This document shows, one piece after another, positions 10,031 through 19,162 of a stretch of DNA of 64,000 nucleotides. A program made the translations under genes and the position numbers. Within the stretch, counting starts at the first letter, position 1, and each line of letters begins with the position of its first letter. Where the stretch lies: the NCBI GenBank assembly GCA_018830865.1, contig JAHJRN010000002.1:6243-70242 (forward strand), in the 5' to 3' direction. The DNA comes from Patescibacteria group bacterium (lineage in GTDB: Bacteria; Patescibacteriota; Patescibacteriia; 2-12-FULL-60-25). The notes below the pieces were generated by a model. The model made no database searches. It was not told where the DNA came from and saw nothing but the letters and a program-made list of their open reading frames with translations.

Positions 10031-10056
10031 GACGGTACGACAAGGAGGAGGAACAG

Positions 10057-10284
10057 ATGGAACTCGTCATCGCACTTTCGCTCAAGAACAAGCCGCTCGC
10101 GATCGGTCTCCTCAATGAAGGCGGAGGATACGACCAGCAGGCGGTCATCACAGCCGTGAACGCGGCGCGTCTCCATGGACGTGCGCAACTGTTCGCGCAG
10201 AACCCCGGGGACTATGAGGGGGTAACAGCGGACACAAAAAAATCGACGTCTATTGCAAGAAGTGACCCGGCTACGGAGGAATGA
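10057..10284 (+). CDS. hypothetical small protein (75 aa)
   Basis: AAGGAGGAGG Shine-Dalgarno; stop overlaps the next start (ATGA). Confidence 0.45.
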   Translation: MELVIALSLKNKPLAIGLLNEGGGYDQQAVITAVNAARLHGRAQLFAQNPGDYEGVTADTKKSTSIARSDPATEE

Positions 10285-10688
10285 TGAGAAACAAGCGTAT
10301 TCTCGCGGTGGATGACGACGCGTTTATCCGGCGGGCGGTCCGTAGGATCTGGCGCGTGGCCCTGGAAGATGCGGGACTCGACCCCGAGGAGGCCGAATGC
10401 GCGCAGGATGCCTATGACCTTGTCGCGAGGACTCCGGATGACGCATGGTTCGTCCTGACCGATTTTCAGATGCCGAGCAACCCCGGCGATGAGCTCTGCA
10501 ACGGCGCGGACCTCATCCGGGCCCTGCGTCGCAACCCGGTCCTCCGCCAGCCGCATATCGTCCTGATGACGGGCGTCGAGCCCGATGCGACGGGCATCGT
10601 CGGCTGCGGCTACGACGTGTTCTTTCCGAAGACCATCGAGAAGGAGCTCCTCCTCGCGGAGCTCCGTATGTTCCTCGCGTCGGATTGA
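10281..10688 (+). CDS. single-domain response regulator (CheY-like receiver)
   Basis: KRILAVDDDAFIRR, VLTDFQMP (phospho-acceptor Asp), receiver length only. Confidence 0.8.
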   Translation: MMRNKRILAVDDDAFIRRAVRRIWRVALEDAGLDPEEAECAQDAYDLVARTPDDAWFVLTDFQMPSNPGDELCNGADLIRALRRNPVLRQPHIVLMTGVEPDATGIVGCGYDVFFPKTIEKELLLAELRMFLASD

Positions 10689-10796
10689 CGCATGCCGTCG
10701 TGCGCTGTGCACGGCGGCTTTTCATATCCGTCCCGTCGGCCGTCTGTCGATTCGGACGTTGTGGGCGACCTGCCCATCGGCTATCATGATGGCACT

Positions 10797-11177
10797 ATGG
10801 CCGAGACGAAAGGCAAGAAAATTCTCATCGCCGAGGACGACAAGTTCCTCGCGAAGGCGTATGAGGCGAAATTGGAGAAGTCCGGGTTCGAGGTGACCAT
10901 CGCGAAAGATGGCGAGGAGGCGTTGCGGATGATGAAGGAAACGAAGCCGGATCTCGTGCTGCTCGACCTCGTGATGCCCGTGAAGAACGGCTTCGAGGTC
11001 CTTGAGGAGATTTCGAAAGATGCGACGCTCAAGAAGATACCGATCATCATCGTCTCGAACCTCGGCCAAGAAGCGGACGTGATGCACGGGAAGGAGCTCG
11101 GCGTGGCTGATTATCTCGTGAAGGCGGAGTATTCCCTCCAGCAGGTTACGGACCTCATTGCCTCCAAAGTCCGATAG
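10797..11177 (+). CDS. single-domain response regulator (CheY-like receiver)
   Basis: KKILIAEDDKFL, DLVLLDLVMPVKNGFEVL, IIIVSNLG, DYLVK. Confidence 0.85.
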   Translation: MAETKGKKILIAEDDKFLAKAYEAKLEKSGFEVTIAKDGEEALRMMKETKPDLVLLDLVMPVKNGFEVLEEISKDATLKKIPIIIVSNLGQEADVMHGKELGVADYLVKAEYSLQQVTDLIASKVR

Positions 11178-11182
11178 TACGC

Positions 11183-12862
11183 ATGACCTTCACCATCGAA
11201 CAGCTCGAAAAGCTCCTCATCGGCGGCGACTTCCTGAAGAAGGAGCAGTTCGACAAGGCGCGGGACGTCGCCACGAACCGCGGCATTTCGCTTCCCGAGG
11301 CGATTGTGGACCTCGGCTTCCTGTCCGACGCGCAGATCGGGTCGCTCCTCGCGGGGGAGCAGGGCATTTTCTTCGTGGACCTCTCGAAGGAACGTATCGA
11401 CCAGAACGTGCTCACGGCGATTCCGGAGCGCGTCGCTAAGGCGCGGATGACGGTGGCGTACAAGCGGGTGAAGGACGTGGTCTGGGTCGCCACCTTGGAC
11501 ACGGAGAACTACGAGTTCTTCGCGTTGCTGCAGAAGAAGATCGGCGCGCCGCTTAAGGTCGTGCTCGCCACGAGCGCCGGCATCGAGGAGGCGTTGAAGG
11601 CGTATCAGAAGGAATACCTCGAGCAGGCGCGTGAGCTCATCGCAAGCATGCGGAACAATCCGCACGAGGAGGACGCGGTGAAGCTTGTCGAGCTCATGCT
11701 CCTCGCGGCACATAAGGGGCGCGCATCCGATATCCACATCGAGCCGGAAGAGTTCAGCGTCGTGGTTCGGTTCCGTATCGACGGCGACATGCATGAGATG
11801 TTCCGGTACCCGCCGGAGTTCCATGAGAAGGTCGTGTTCCGGGTGAAAATCCTCTCGCGGCTCCGGACGGACGAGCACGCGCAGGCGCAAGATGGGCGTT
11901 TTGAGATCAAGACCGAGGCCGGGAACCTCAACCTCCACGTCTCCATCCTACCCATCACGCGCGGCGAGAACGTGGTCATGCGTTTGCTGTCGGAACGGTT
12001 CCAGCGTCTCCGCCTCGAGGATCTCGGGCTACAGGAGGACGATCTGGAGAAGGTGGATCGTGCCGCTGCGTTGCCGCACGGCATGATCATCGCGGTCGGT
12101 CCGACGGGATCCGGGAAGACGACCACGCTGTACGCCATCCTGCACATCCTCAACCAGCCGGACGTGAATGTGATGACCATCGAGGACCCGGTCGAGTACG
12201 ATATCCAAGGCATCCGACAGATCCAGGTGAACCCGCGCACCAACCTCACGTTCGGTGTCGGGCTGAAATCCCTCGTGCGTCAAGACCCGGACGTGATCAT
12301 GGTCGGCGAGATTCGCGACCCGGAGACCGCCAACATCTCGGTCAACGCCGCGCTCACCGGCCACCTCGTTCTTTCGACGCTGCATGCCAACGACTCGGCC
12401 ACCACGTTCCCGCGGCTGTTCGAGATGGGGGTCGAGCCGTTCCTCATCGCTTCGTCCCTGAACGTCATCATCGCGCAGCGCCTCGTGCGGAAGATCTGCC
12501 CCAACTGCATGGAAAGCGTGTTCCTGAACGCCGAGATCCAGAAGGCCATCGAAGGCGACCCGGCGCTCCATCGTCTCGTGCAGAAGTTCGGTGGCGAGAA
12601 GGATATCGAGAAGATCCGCCTGTACCACGGGAAGGGGTGCCGCGTGTGCGGCGACACCGGGTACCGCGGACGCACCGGCATCTACGAAATCCTCGAAGTG
12701 ACCGAGGAGATCCGACCGCTCATCGTCGGCAAGCAGAGCGCCGACGACATCCGCAAGAAGGCCATCGAGCAGGGCATGCGGACCATGATTGAGGACGGGT
12801 TCATCAAGGTCTTCAAGGGACAGACGACCATCGACGAAATCATCCGCGCGACCAAAGCATGA
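11183..12862 (+). CDS. pilB: type IV pilus / type II secretion assembly ATPase (GspE/PilB family)
   Basis: Walker A GPTGSGKTTTLYA, Walker B VIMVGEIRD, tetracysteine CPNC...CRVC, N-terminal T2SSE_N-like domain. Confidence 0.9.
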   Translation: MTFTIEQLEKLLIGGDFLKKEQFDKARDVATNRGISLPEAIVDLGFLSDAQIGSLLAGEQGIFFVDLSKERIDQNVLTAIPERVAKARMTVAYKRVKDVVWVATLDTENYEFFALLQKKIGAPLKVVLATSAGIEEALKAYQKEYLEQARELIASMRNNPHEEDAVKLVELMLLAAHKGRASDIHIEPEEFSVVVRFRIDGDMHEMFRYPPEFHEKVVFRVKILSRLRTDEHAQAQDGRFEIKTEAGNLNLHVSILPITRGENVVMRLLSERFQRLRLEDLGLQEDDLEKVDRAAALPHGMIIAVGPTGSGKTTTLYAILHILNQPDVNVMTIEDPVEYDIQGIRQIQVNPRTNLTFGVGLKSLVRQDPDVIMVGEIRDPETANISVNAALTGHLVLSTLHANDSATTFPRLFEMGVEPFLIASSLNVIIAQRLVRKICPNCMESVFLNAEIQKAIEGDPALHRLVQKFGGEKDIEKIRLYHGKGCRVCGDTGYRGRTGIYEILEVTEEIRPLIVGKQSADDIRKKAIEQGMRTMIEDGFIKVFKGQTTIDEIIRATKA

Positions 12863-12866
12863 CCCT

Positions 12867-13937
12867 ATGACGAATCCGTTTCGGTTCCTCATCAATCACG
12901 CCTTCAAGAAGGAGATGGTGGATTTCTTCAAGAACATCTCCATCATGGTGCAGAGCGGCATCCCTTTGAACGAGTCGCTCGGCGTGCTCATCCCGCAGAC
13001 CCCACGCAAGTCGTTCAGGAACTTCCTCGTCAAGACCAAGGCCCAAATCGAGAAGGGGAGCTCGCTCTCCAACGCGTTGACTCCGTACCGCGAGGAGGTC
13101 GGCGACCTCGCGCTCAACATCATCCGCGCGGGCGAGATCAACGGGACGCTCGAATCGAACCTCCAGTACCTCGCGGATATCATGGGCCGCAACCGCGACC
13201 TGAAATCCAAAATCGGCTCTGCCATGATGTATCCGAAGATCATCCTCGGGATGGTGCTCATCATCGGCGCCGGCATCGCCATGTTCATCCTGCCGAAGCT
13301 TACCCCGCTCTTCTCGTCGCTCGACGTGGAACTGCCGCTCGCCACGCGCATCCTCCTGTTCATCTCCGATACCATGCGGGATCACGGTATCCTCATCCTC
13401 GTCTGTATCGGCGTCATCGGGTTCGGGTTCATGATGCTTTCGCGCATCGCGGCCGTCAAATGGTTCTACCATACGGTCGCCATCCGAGCGCCATTTTTCG
13501 GGAGCCTCGTGCGCAACTATCAGCTCGCGCTTTTTTGCCAGATCTTCGGTACGCTGTTTCGCTCCGGTCTGACGATCAAGGATACGCTCACCGCGACCTC
13601 GGAGGCGCTGACGAACGTGCGGTACCGCAATTCACTCCGTGCCTCGACGAAGAGCCTGACGGCCGGCGTCCCGCTCGCGACCATCTTAGCCAAATATCCC
13701 CTGCTCTTCCCGCAGAACGTCGTCGCCATCATCACGGTGGGGGAGCGGAGCGGCAAGCTCGAGGAGTCGTTCATGTATCTCGCGAAGTATTTCGACAACG
13801 AGGTCGACCTCCAGACCAAGAAGCTCCCGACGATCATCGAGCCCGTGTTGCTGATGTTCATCGGCATCATGGTGGCGTTCCTCATGATGGCCGTCATGAC
13901 GCCGATCTATGAACTCACCGCATCCATCTCCAAGTAG
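12867..13937 (+). CDS. pilC: type IV pilus platform protein (GspF/PilC family)
   Basis: polytopic membrane protein directly after pilB, two T2SSF-like halves. Confidence 0.85.
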   Translation: MTNPFRFLINHAFKKEMVDFFKNISIMVQSGIPLNESLGVLIPQTPRKSFRNFLVKTKAQIEKGSSLSNALTPYREEVGDLALNIIRAGEINGTLESNLQYLADIMGRNRDLKSKIGSAMMYPKIILGMVLIIGAGIAMFILPKLTPLFSSLDVELPLATRILLFISDTMRDHGILILVCIGVIGFGFMMLSRIAAVKWFYHTVAIRAPFFGSLVRNYQLALFCQIFGTLFRSGLTIKDTLTATSEALTNVRYRNSLRASTKSLTAGVPLATILAKYPLLFPQNVVAIITVGERSGKLEESFMYLAKYFDNEVDLQTKKLPTIIEPVLLMFIGIMVAFLMMAVMTPIYELTASISK

Positions 13938-13950
13938 CGGGGATGGCCGT

Positions 13951-14388
13951 ATGCGGCGGGTCGGCTTCACGCTGATCGAGCTCGTCATCGTCATCGGCAT
14001 CATGGCCGTCATCGTGGCCGTGACGGCGCCACTCACCATCCGCTCCTATCAGAATCAGCTCGTGGCCGAGACGGCACAGCAGCTCGCCGAGACGCTGCGT
14101 CGGGCGCAGTCCCGCGCCACGGCCGCGCGGGGCGACAGCCCGCATGGCGTGAAGATCCTCTCCGACGGCTACGTGTTGTTCCAAGGCCGGAGCTACGCGA
14201 CGCGGGTCGTGGCCGAAGATGAGACGACCCCGATTCCCTCGTCCATCACGGTTTCGAGCACGGCGACGGAGGTGGTGTTCTCTAAGCTGTACGCGACGTC
14301 GAGCATGGTCGGGACCATGTCCGTCATCGGCGCCGGCGGGACCATCGACGTGACCGTGAACGCCGTCGGCAAGATTGAAGCTCCATGA
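13951..14388 (+). CDS. prepilin-type minor pilin / pseudopilin (GspH/FimT-like)
   Basis: MRRVG|FTLIELVIVIGIMAVI class III signal with Glu+5. Confidence 0.75.
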   Translation: MRRVGFTLIELVIVIGIMAVIVAVTAPLTIRSYQNQLVAETAQQLAETLRRAQSRATAARGDSPHGVKILSDGYVLFQGRSYATRVVAEDETTPIPSSITVSSTATEVVFSKLYATSSMVGTMSVIGAGGTIDVTVNAVGKIEAP

Positions 14389-15824
14389 GACGCATCACCT
14401 CGTATCCTTCCGGACAAAGCCTCGTAGAGGTCTTGGTTGCTATCGCTGTGTTCGTCGTCGGCGTCTCGACGTTCGTGGCCATGCTGCTGAACGCCGCGAC
14501 GTCGGAGCGGCTCGCGAACGAGCGGCAGAAGGCCGGTCTCCTCGCGGAGGAGGGTATCGAAGCGCTTCGTTCCATCCGTGACGCCTCGTATGACGTGCTC
14601 GGGAGCGGGACGTACGGCCTCGCCGCGACAGGCACGGTCTGGGGGCTATCCGACACCCCAGACGACACGGACGGATACGTCCGGTCGCTCGAACTCGACT
14701 GCGACACCATGGATTTCTGCGCCGTCACGTCGACGGTCTCGTGGATGTTCGCCCCGGGACTCCCGCAGTCCGTGACCTACGCGACCCTGCTGACGAACTG
14801 GCGCCGCGAGTTCGGCATCGGCACGTGGAACCGCCCCTACATCATCGCGACCGTGACCATCCCCGGCAACATCCCGGCGCTCTCCGTCGACATCGTGAAG
14901 GACCGGCTGTATGTCTCGACGCCGCAGAGCGCGACGGGTTCTGAGTTCTACATCTTCGACATCACCAATGAGATCGATCCTATCCTCCTCGGCCAGTTGG
15001 AGATCGGGAGCAATGTCTACCTCGACGCGGACGGGTTCCGCGTCTATCTCGCGAGCGACGACAACCCGGACGAGGTGAAGATCGTGGATACGACCGTCCC
15101 GACGGCACCGGTAATCATCGGGTCCGTGAAGCTCACAGGCGTCTCGGACGTCAAAGGCATCGCGGCGAGCGGGACCCTGCTCCACTTCGTCCGCGAGGCG
15201 CAAGGGAACCAGGCGACCTACTACATCTATGACGTCGCGACCGCGACCACGCCCGTCATCGTCGGTTCGACGTTCCTCGGGTCCGGTGGCGAAGATATGG
15301 CCATCCGATATGCAGGGACGCCGTATGCGTTCTTCGCGGCGCAGGACAACAGCCAGGAGCTCAAGGTGGTGAACGTCACGAACCCGGCCTCCCTCGCGGT
15401 CGGCGGGGGATACGATGCCGCGGGAGCCGAGGACTTCCATGCCATCGCCGTGTCGGGGACGACCGTCTACGCAGGGTCGAACCTCCGCAGCAGCAATCCA
15501 GAACTGTTCATCTTCAACGCGTCGATGCCGTTTTCTCCCTCGCTCCTCGGGACGTACGAAATCGGTGGCAACGTCATCCGGATGTTCAGCCGACGCACGA
15601 GAGACACCATCGTCGCCGAGCAGAGCCACCTGCTCTTCATGGCGACCGGCTCCTCCACGTCCGAGTTCATCATCATGAACGTCCACGACGACGTGAACCC
15701 CTACATTTTCGGGCAGGTGGATTTGACCGGCGACGCGACGGACATCGCCGTCGCGACCAGCACCGCCTACGTCACCACGAACGACCCCTCTTCTGCCATC
15801 GTCATCATCCAGCCTGGACCCTGA
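14385..15824 (+). CDS. pseudopilin fused to an LVIVD-like beta-propeller (candidate tip adhesin)
   Basis: SG|QSLVEVLVAIAVFVVG prepilin-like N-terminus (Glu+5), then 6-7 tandem units of about 45-50 aa of the type YVSTPQSATGSEFYIFDITNEIDPILLG. Confidence 0.7.
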   Translation: MRRITSYPSGQSLVEVLVAIAVFVVGVSTFVAMLLNAATSERLANERQKAGLLAEEGIEALRSIRDASYDVLGSGTYGLAATGTVWGLSDTPDDTDGYVRSLELDCDTMDFCAVTSTVSWMFAPGLPQSVTYATLLTNWRREFGIGTWNRPYIIATVTIPGNIPALSVDIVKDRLYVSTPQSATGSEFYIFDITNEIDPILLGQLEIGSNVYLDADGFRVYLASDDNPDEVKIVDTTVPTAPVIIGSVKLTGVSDVKGIAASGTLLHFVREAQGNQATYYIYDVATATTPVIVGSTFLGSGGEDMAIRYAGTPYAFFAAQDNSQELKVVNVTNPASLAVGGGYDAAGAEDFHAIAVSGTTVYAGSNLRSSNPELFIFNASMPFSPSLLGTYEIGGNVIRMFSRRTRDTIVAEQSHLLFMATGSSTSEFIIMNVHDDVNPYIFGQVDLTGDATDIAVATSTAYVTTNDPSSAIVIIQPGP

Positions 15825-15825
15825 T

Positions 15826-16341
15826 ATGCGACGCCATCCAGTAGCCGGCTCTACGCTCGTGGAGCTTCTCATCTACATCGCCATCGTCGCGATTCTGGTG
15901 TTCGCGATCGTGGACATCCTTTTCGCCGTGTTCGACCTGAAACTGAAGCTGCGCGCCATGTCCGAGGTGCGGCAGGGCGGGCACATCGCCATGGAGCGCA
16001 TCCGGCTCGCGGTGCAGAACGCCTCGTCCATCGCGGTCCCGTCATCCGGCACGTCGACCGGCATCCTGACGCTCGTCATGCCGACCACGAGCACGAATCC
16101 CACGACCTTCAGCGTGGAGGACGGCGTGCTGCTGCTCAAGGAAGGCACATCCCCGACGACGACGCTGACGCTCGAGGAAGGGCAGGTCGTCTACGCCGTC
16201 TTCCAGGACATGACGGCGACCGGCACCCCGGGTACGGTGCGCGTGATACTCTATGTGAGCTCCACGGCCGAGGACGGTCCGTCCGTCTTCGACGTCGGCG
16301 AGGTCTACCGGACGACCGAGAATGTCCGGCGACGCCCATGA
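15826..16341 (+). CDS. prepilin-type minor pilin (PulJ/PilW-like)
   Basis: MRRHPVAG|STLVELLIYIAIVAIL. Confidence 0.7.
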   Translation: MRRHPVAGSTLVELLIYIAIVAILVFAIVDILFAVFDLKLKLRAMSEVRQGGHIAMERIRLAVQNASSIAVPSSGTSTGILTLVMPTTSTNPTTFSVEDGVLLLKEGTSPTTTLTLEEGQVVYAVFQDMTATGTPGTVRVILYVSSTAEDGPSVFDVGEVYRTTENVRRRP

Positions 16342-16736
16342 CGACACGACCCGGCTTCATCGCGCTCATCTCGGTCCTGCTGCTCTCGGCGGTCGCCATG
16401 TTGATCGCGGGCGGCGTCCTGATCCGCGCCGTCGGCGGACTCAACATGAGCGTGACAAACGAGGAACAGATGGATGCGCATCTGGGCGCGACGCAGTGCA
16501 TGGAGCACGCGTTGATGAACCTCCGGCGGTCGTCCCGCTATCTCGGGAACGAGACGCTGGCGCTCCAAGGGGGGCACACCTGCCACATCCTGCCCGTCAG
16601 CGGCACCGGGTACTACAATCGGACCATCCAGGCGACGAGCACGGTGGACGGAGCCACCAGGAAGATCAGCGTCGTCGTCTCGCGTCTCGTCCCGGTCCTC
16701 CTCGTCACGTCGTGGCAGGAGGTCGCAGATTTTTGA
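16338..16736 (+). CDS. PilX/GspK-like pseudopilin (no Glu+5)
   Basis: MTTRPG|FIALISVLLLSAVAMLIAGG; ATGA coupling on both sides. Confidence 0.6.
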   Translation: MTTRPGFIALISVLLLSAVAMLIAGGVLIRAVGGLNMSVTNEEQMDAHLGATQCMEHALMNLRRSSRYLGNETLALQGGHTCHILPVSGTGYYNRTIQATSTVDGATRKISVVVSRLVPVLLVTSWQEVADF

Positions 16737-16738
16737 AC

Positions 16739-17797
16739 ATGCCTATGACCGGATTCCTCTCCAATCTCTTCTCGTCGAAAGCGGCGTTCGCGCTCGACAT
16801 CTCCGACGACGACATCCAGCTTCTCCAGACGAACGCGCTGCAACGGAGCGCCCTGTCGTTCAACCGCGTGGAGCTCGAGCCCGGCATCGTGCAGGACGGA
16901 CGCATCATGGACCAGGAACGGCTCGCGGCCGCGTTGCGGAGCGCGGTCGCCGGAGCGGCGCCGCGTCCCCCGAAGACCATGCACGTGGTGGCGGAGGTCC
17001 CCGAATCGCAGACGTTCATCCATCACCTCACGATCGAAGGAGGTGTCGACCCGAAGGATGTGAGCGATACCGTGGTCGCGCGCGCGGAAGAGGTCATCCC
17101 GCTCGACCTCGAGGCAAGCGCCTGGGATTTCCAGATTCTGTCCCGTTCGAAAGAGACCTACGAGATCCTGTTCGCCGCTGCGTCTGCGGACGTGGTCGAG
17201 GCGTATGAGCAGACGCTGGCGCTCGCCGGACTCGACCTCAAGATCCTCGAGCTCGAATCTTCCGCGTTGACACGCGCCGTCGTGGATATCGCGTCGCTCG
17301 CGCCTGATGCGGGCGCGGCGGTCATCGATATCGGTGGTCGCTTCACGACGTTCGCGCTCGCGGATGCCGAGGGACTGCAGCTCTCCGCGACGATCCATGC
17401 CGCGGGCGATGCCGTGACCGAGACCATCGCGAAGAAGCTGAAGATCGAACTGGACGCCGCGGAGATGCTCAAGCGCGAGCAGGGCTTCGGAGATGCGGGC
17501 GTGGCAGAGGCTATCCGCAAGGTCCTGAAGGAGATCGCGGGCGAATTCGCCGAAGCGTCGGCGTTCTACAGCAAAAAGACGGACCGAAAGGTCGTCCAAG
17601 CCCTCCTCGTCGGAGGATCGAGCGCCCTGCAGGGGGTGGACGGCGAGCTGTCCGCGTTGCTCGGCATCCCTGTCGCGTTCGGCGTCCCACCCTTCTCGGC
17701 GGAAGGACTCCTGCCACATCAGATCGCAGTCGTTTCGGGTCTCGCGATGCGTGCGAGAAAATTATCCCCAGGCATAAATTTCATCGATACTCCGTAA
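16739..17797 (+). CDS. pilM: type IV pilus assembly protein PilM (actin-like ATPase fold)
   Basis: FALDISDDDIQLL, AVIDIGGRFTTFAL, LLVGGSSALQGV; ATG 16739 chosen, the upstream part of the ORF overlaps the previous genes. Confidence 0.8.
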   Translation: MPMTGFLSNLFSSKAAFALDISDDDIQLLQTNALQRSALSFNRVELEPGIVQDGRIMDQERLAAALRSAVAGAAPRPPKTMHVVAEVPESQTFIHHLTIEGGVDPKDVSDTVVARAEEVIPLDLEASAWDFQILSRSKETYEILFAAASADVVEAYEQTLALAGLDLKILELESSALTRAVVDIASLAPDAGAAVIDIGGRFTTFALADAEGLQLSATIHAAGDAVTETIAKKLKIELDAAEMLKREQGFGDAGVAEAIRKVLKEIAGEFAEASAFYSKKTDRKVVQALLVGGSSALQGVDGELSALLGIPVAFGVPPFSAEGLLPHQIAVVSGLAMRARKLSPGINFIDTP

Positions 17798-17822
17798 TCG
17801 TGGTATCATTCGAAACAATCAT

Positions 17823-18311
17823 ATGAATAAACTCACACAACGCGTCCGTTCGTTGAAGGGGTTCACCCTCATCGAGCTGCTCCTCGTCATCGCGATCATC
17901 GCGATCCTCGCGGCAATCGTCATCATCGCCATTAATCCGGCCCGTCAGCTCGCACAGGCCAACGACGCACAGCGCCGTTCCCATGTGACGACGATCCTCA
18001 ACGCCGTCGGTCAGTACACGGTCGATAACCGAGGCCAGTTGCCCGCCACCATCCCGACATCAACGGGTGCTGGGGATTATGGAGATGAAATCTGCGCGAC
18101 GGGCGCCGCGGCCTGCACGGGATACGTCGACCTGTCCGTTTTGACCAACGAAGAAATCTACGTCGGTAGCATCCCGTCGGATCCGACCGCCGGTACCGCG
18201 AACGGGACGGGGTATTACATCGTGAGGTCGACGTCTACGAACGCCCGCGTTACGGTGTCTGGGAACGGCGAAATCGACGGCACGGCGAACAGCATTTCGG
18301 TCACCCGCTAA
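17823..18311 (+). CDS. major type IV pilin
   Basis: MNKLTQRVRSLKG|FTLIELLLVIAIIAILAAIVIIAINP; own TGgTATCAT -10 element and a strong terminator. Confidence 0.85.
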   Translation: MNKLTQRVRSLKGFTLIELLLVIAIIAILAAIVIIAINPARQLAQANDAQRRSHVTTILNAVGQYTVDNRGQLPATIPTSTGAGDYGDEICATGAAACTGYVDLSVLTNEEIYVGSIPSDPTAGTANGTGYYIVRSTSTNARVTVSGNGEIDGTANSISVTR

Positions 18312-18333
18312 GACTCACATAAAAACGCAAACG

Positions 18334-18362
18334 AAAAACCCAGCCAAAGCGGCTGGGTTTTT
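18334..18362 (+). terminator. intrinsic terminator after the pilin gene (A-run/T-run on both sides, so possibly bidirectional)
   Basis: aaaaacccagcc-aaagc-ggctgggttttt. Confidence 0.8.
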
Positions 18363-18365
18363 GGA

Positions 18366-18442
18366 TGGTGGACGGCAGAGGAGTCGAACCTCTGACCTTC
18401 ACAATGTCAATGTGACGCTCTAACCAACTGAGCTAGCCGTCC
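18366..18442 (-). tRNA. tRNA-Val (anticodon GAC), CCA encoded
   Basis: cloverleaf by hand: GGACGGC acceptor, GCTC/GAGC D stem, TCACA-TTGACAT-TGTGA anticodon arm, AGAGG-TTCGACT-CCTCT T arm, discriminator A plus CCA. Confidence 0.9.
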
Positions 18443-18514
18443 ACGGCGTGCCGAGATGGTATCGGACAACCTTGTCCGCGTCAATATGCATCATACCCCT
18501 GTGGAAGGTTATTG

Positions 18515-18541
18515 TTGACGCAGTTTCACGTGTGGTATACT
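18515..18541 (+). promoter_or_regulatory. promoter with extended -10 TGgTATACT (TTGACG lies 15 nt upstream)
   Basis: ttgacgcagtttcacgtgTGgTATACT. Confidence 0.45.
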
Positions 18542-18580
18542 CGTTTCATCGTATCTCACTCTTTTTGTCCCTTCATCCTT

Positions 18581-19009
18581 ATGGGCCTTGTGAAAACAAA
18601 AAAGACGGTTCGCCGTCGCGTCTCCAAGGGCGCATCGACGCCCACTCCGGGCGGTCCGACGGGAGGTTCCATGCTCTCCGCATGCGGGCATAGCGCCTGT
18701 AGCGAGGAGTGCCGGGTCCATTACGTTGGTCCGGTCTCGCATATGCGCGACCATCACATCCTGCACGTCTCACGCGGGATGTCCCACATCTGGGCCGCGT
18801 CCATCATCGCCGGCCTCGCGGTCGTCCTCACGGGTGCGTTCGCGTTCAGTGCGGCACAGGCGCAGACCGATGCGAAAATCGAGGACTCGCGTTTGAGCAC
18901 CAAACAGAGCATCATCCGCGAGATTCGTCAGATGCGGCTCGAGATGGAGGATCTCCAGACGCAGGTCAGCAAGCTGAACAACGCCCTGGGCATCCCGAAC
19001 GCAGAGTAG
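18581..19009 (+). CDS. hypothetical membrane-anchored coiled-coil protein (start uncertain)
   Basis: TM segment IWAASIIAGLAVVLTGAFAF followed by a heptad-like tail ending QTQVSKLNNALGIPNAE. Confidence 0.45.
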   Translation: MGLVKTKKTVRRRVSKGASTPTPGGPTGGSMLSACGHSACSEECRVHYVGPVSHMRDHHILHVSRGMSHIWAASIIAGLAVVLTGAFAFSAAQAQTDAKIEDSRLSTKQSIIREIRQMRLEMEDLQTQVSKLNNALGIPNAE

Positions 19010-19162
19010 CTCATCCCCAGGTCGAGTGACGGAAGCGGCTTGCAGAGGCCAGACGCTTCGTCTATCATGGTCCCATAAGGGAAAGCGGGTCTGGTTGGCG
19101 AGCGCTTAGAACGTTCCTGGCGAGGATGCGTTCTAGGTCTCCCCAACGAGGCTCGTTTTCGT

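Noticed and set aside
9823-10056. Spacer tRNAs or the start of a 23S rRNA after the 16S.
   Set aside because: Only the 3' arm of the processing stem and a promoter are present. No tRNA cloverleaf or 23S 5' sequence was recognisable.
16322-16738. N-terminal extensions offered by the ORF track: 16322 (pilM), 31282 (NUDIX), 39540 (rpsB), 40954 (gap), 50413 (gatB), 51913 (tmk), 60176 (ORF 61136), 62114 (the ftsW/rodA-family gene), 3918 (epimerase), 20366 (valS).
   Set aside because: The extensions overlap upstream genes, antisense genes or palindromic repeats. Internal ATGs match the conserved family N-termini and the promoter or Shine-Dalgarno positions.
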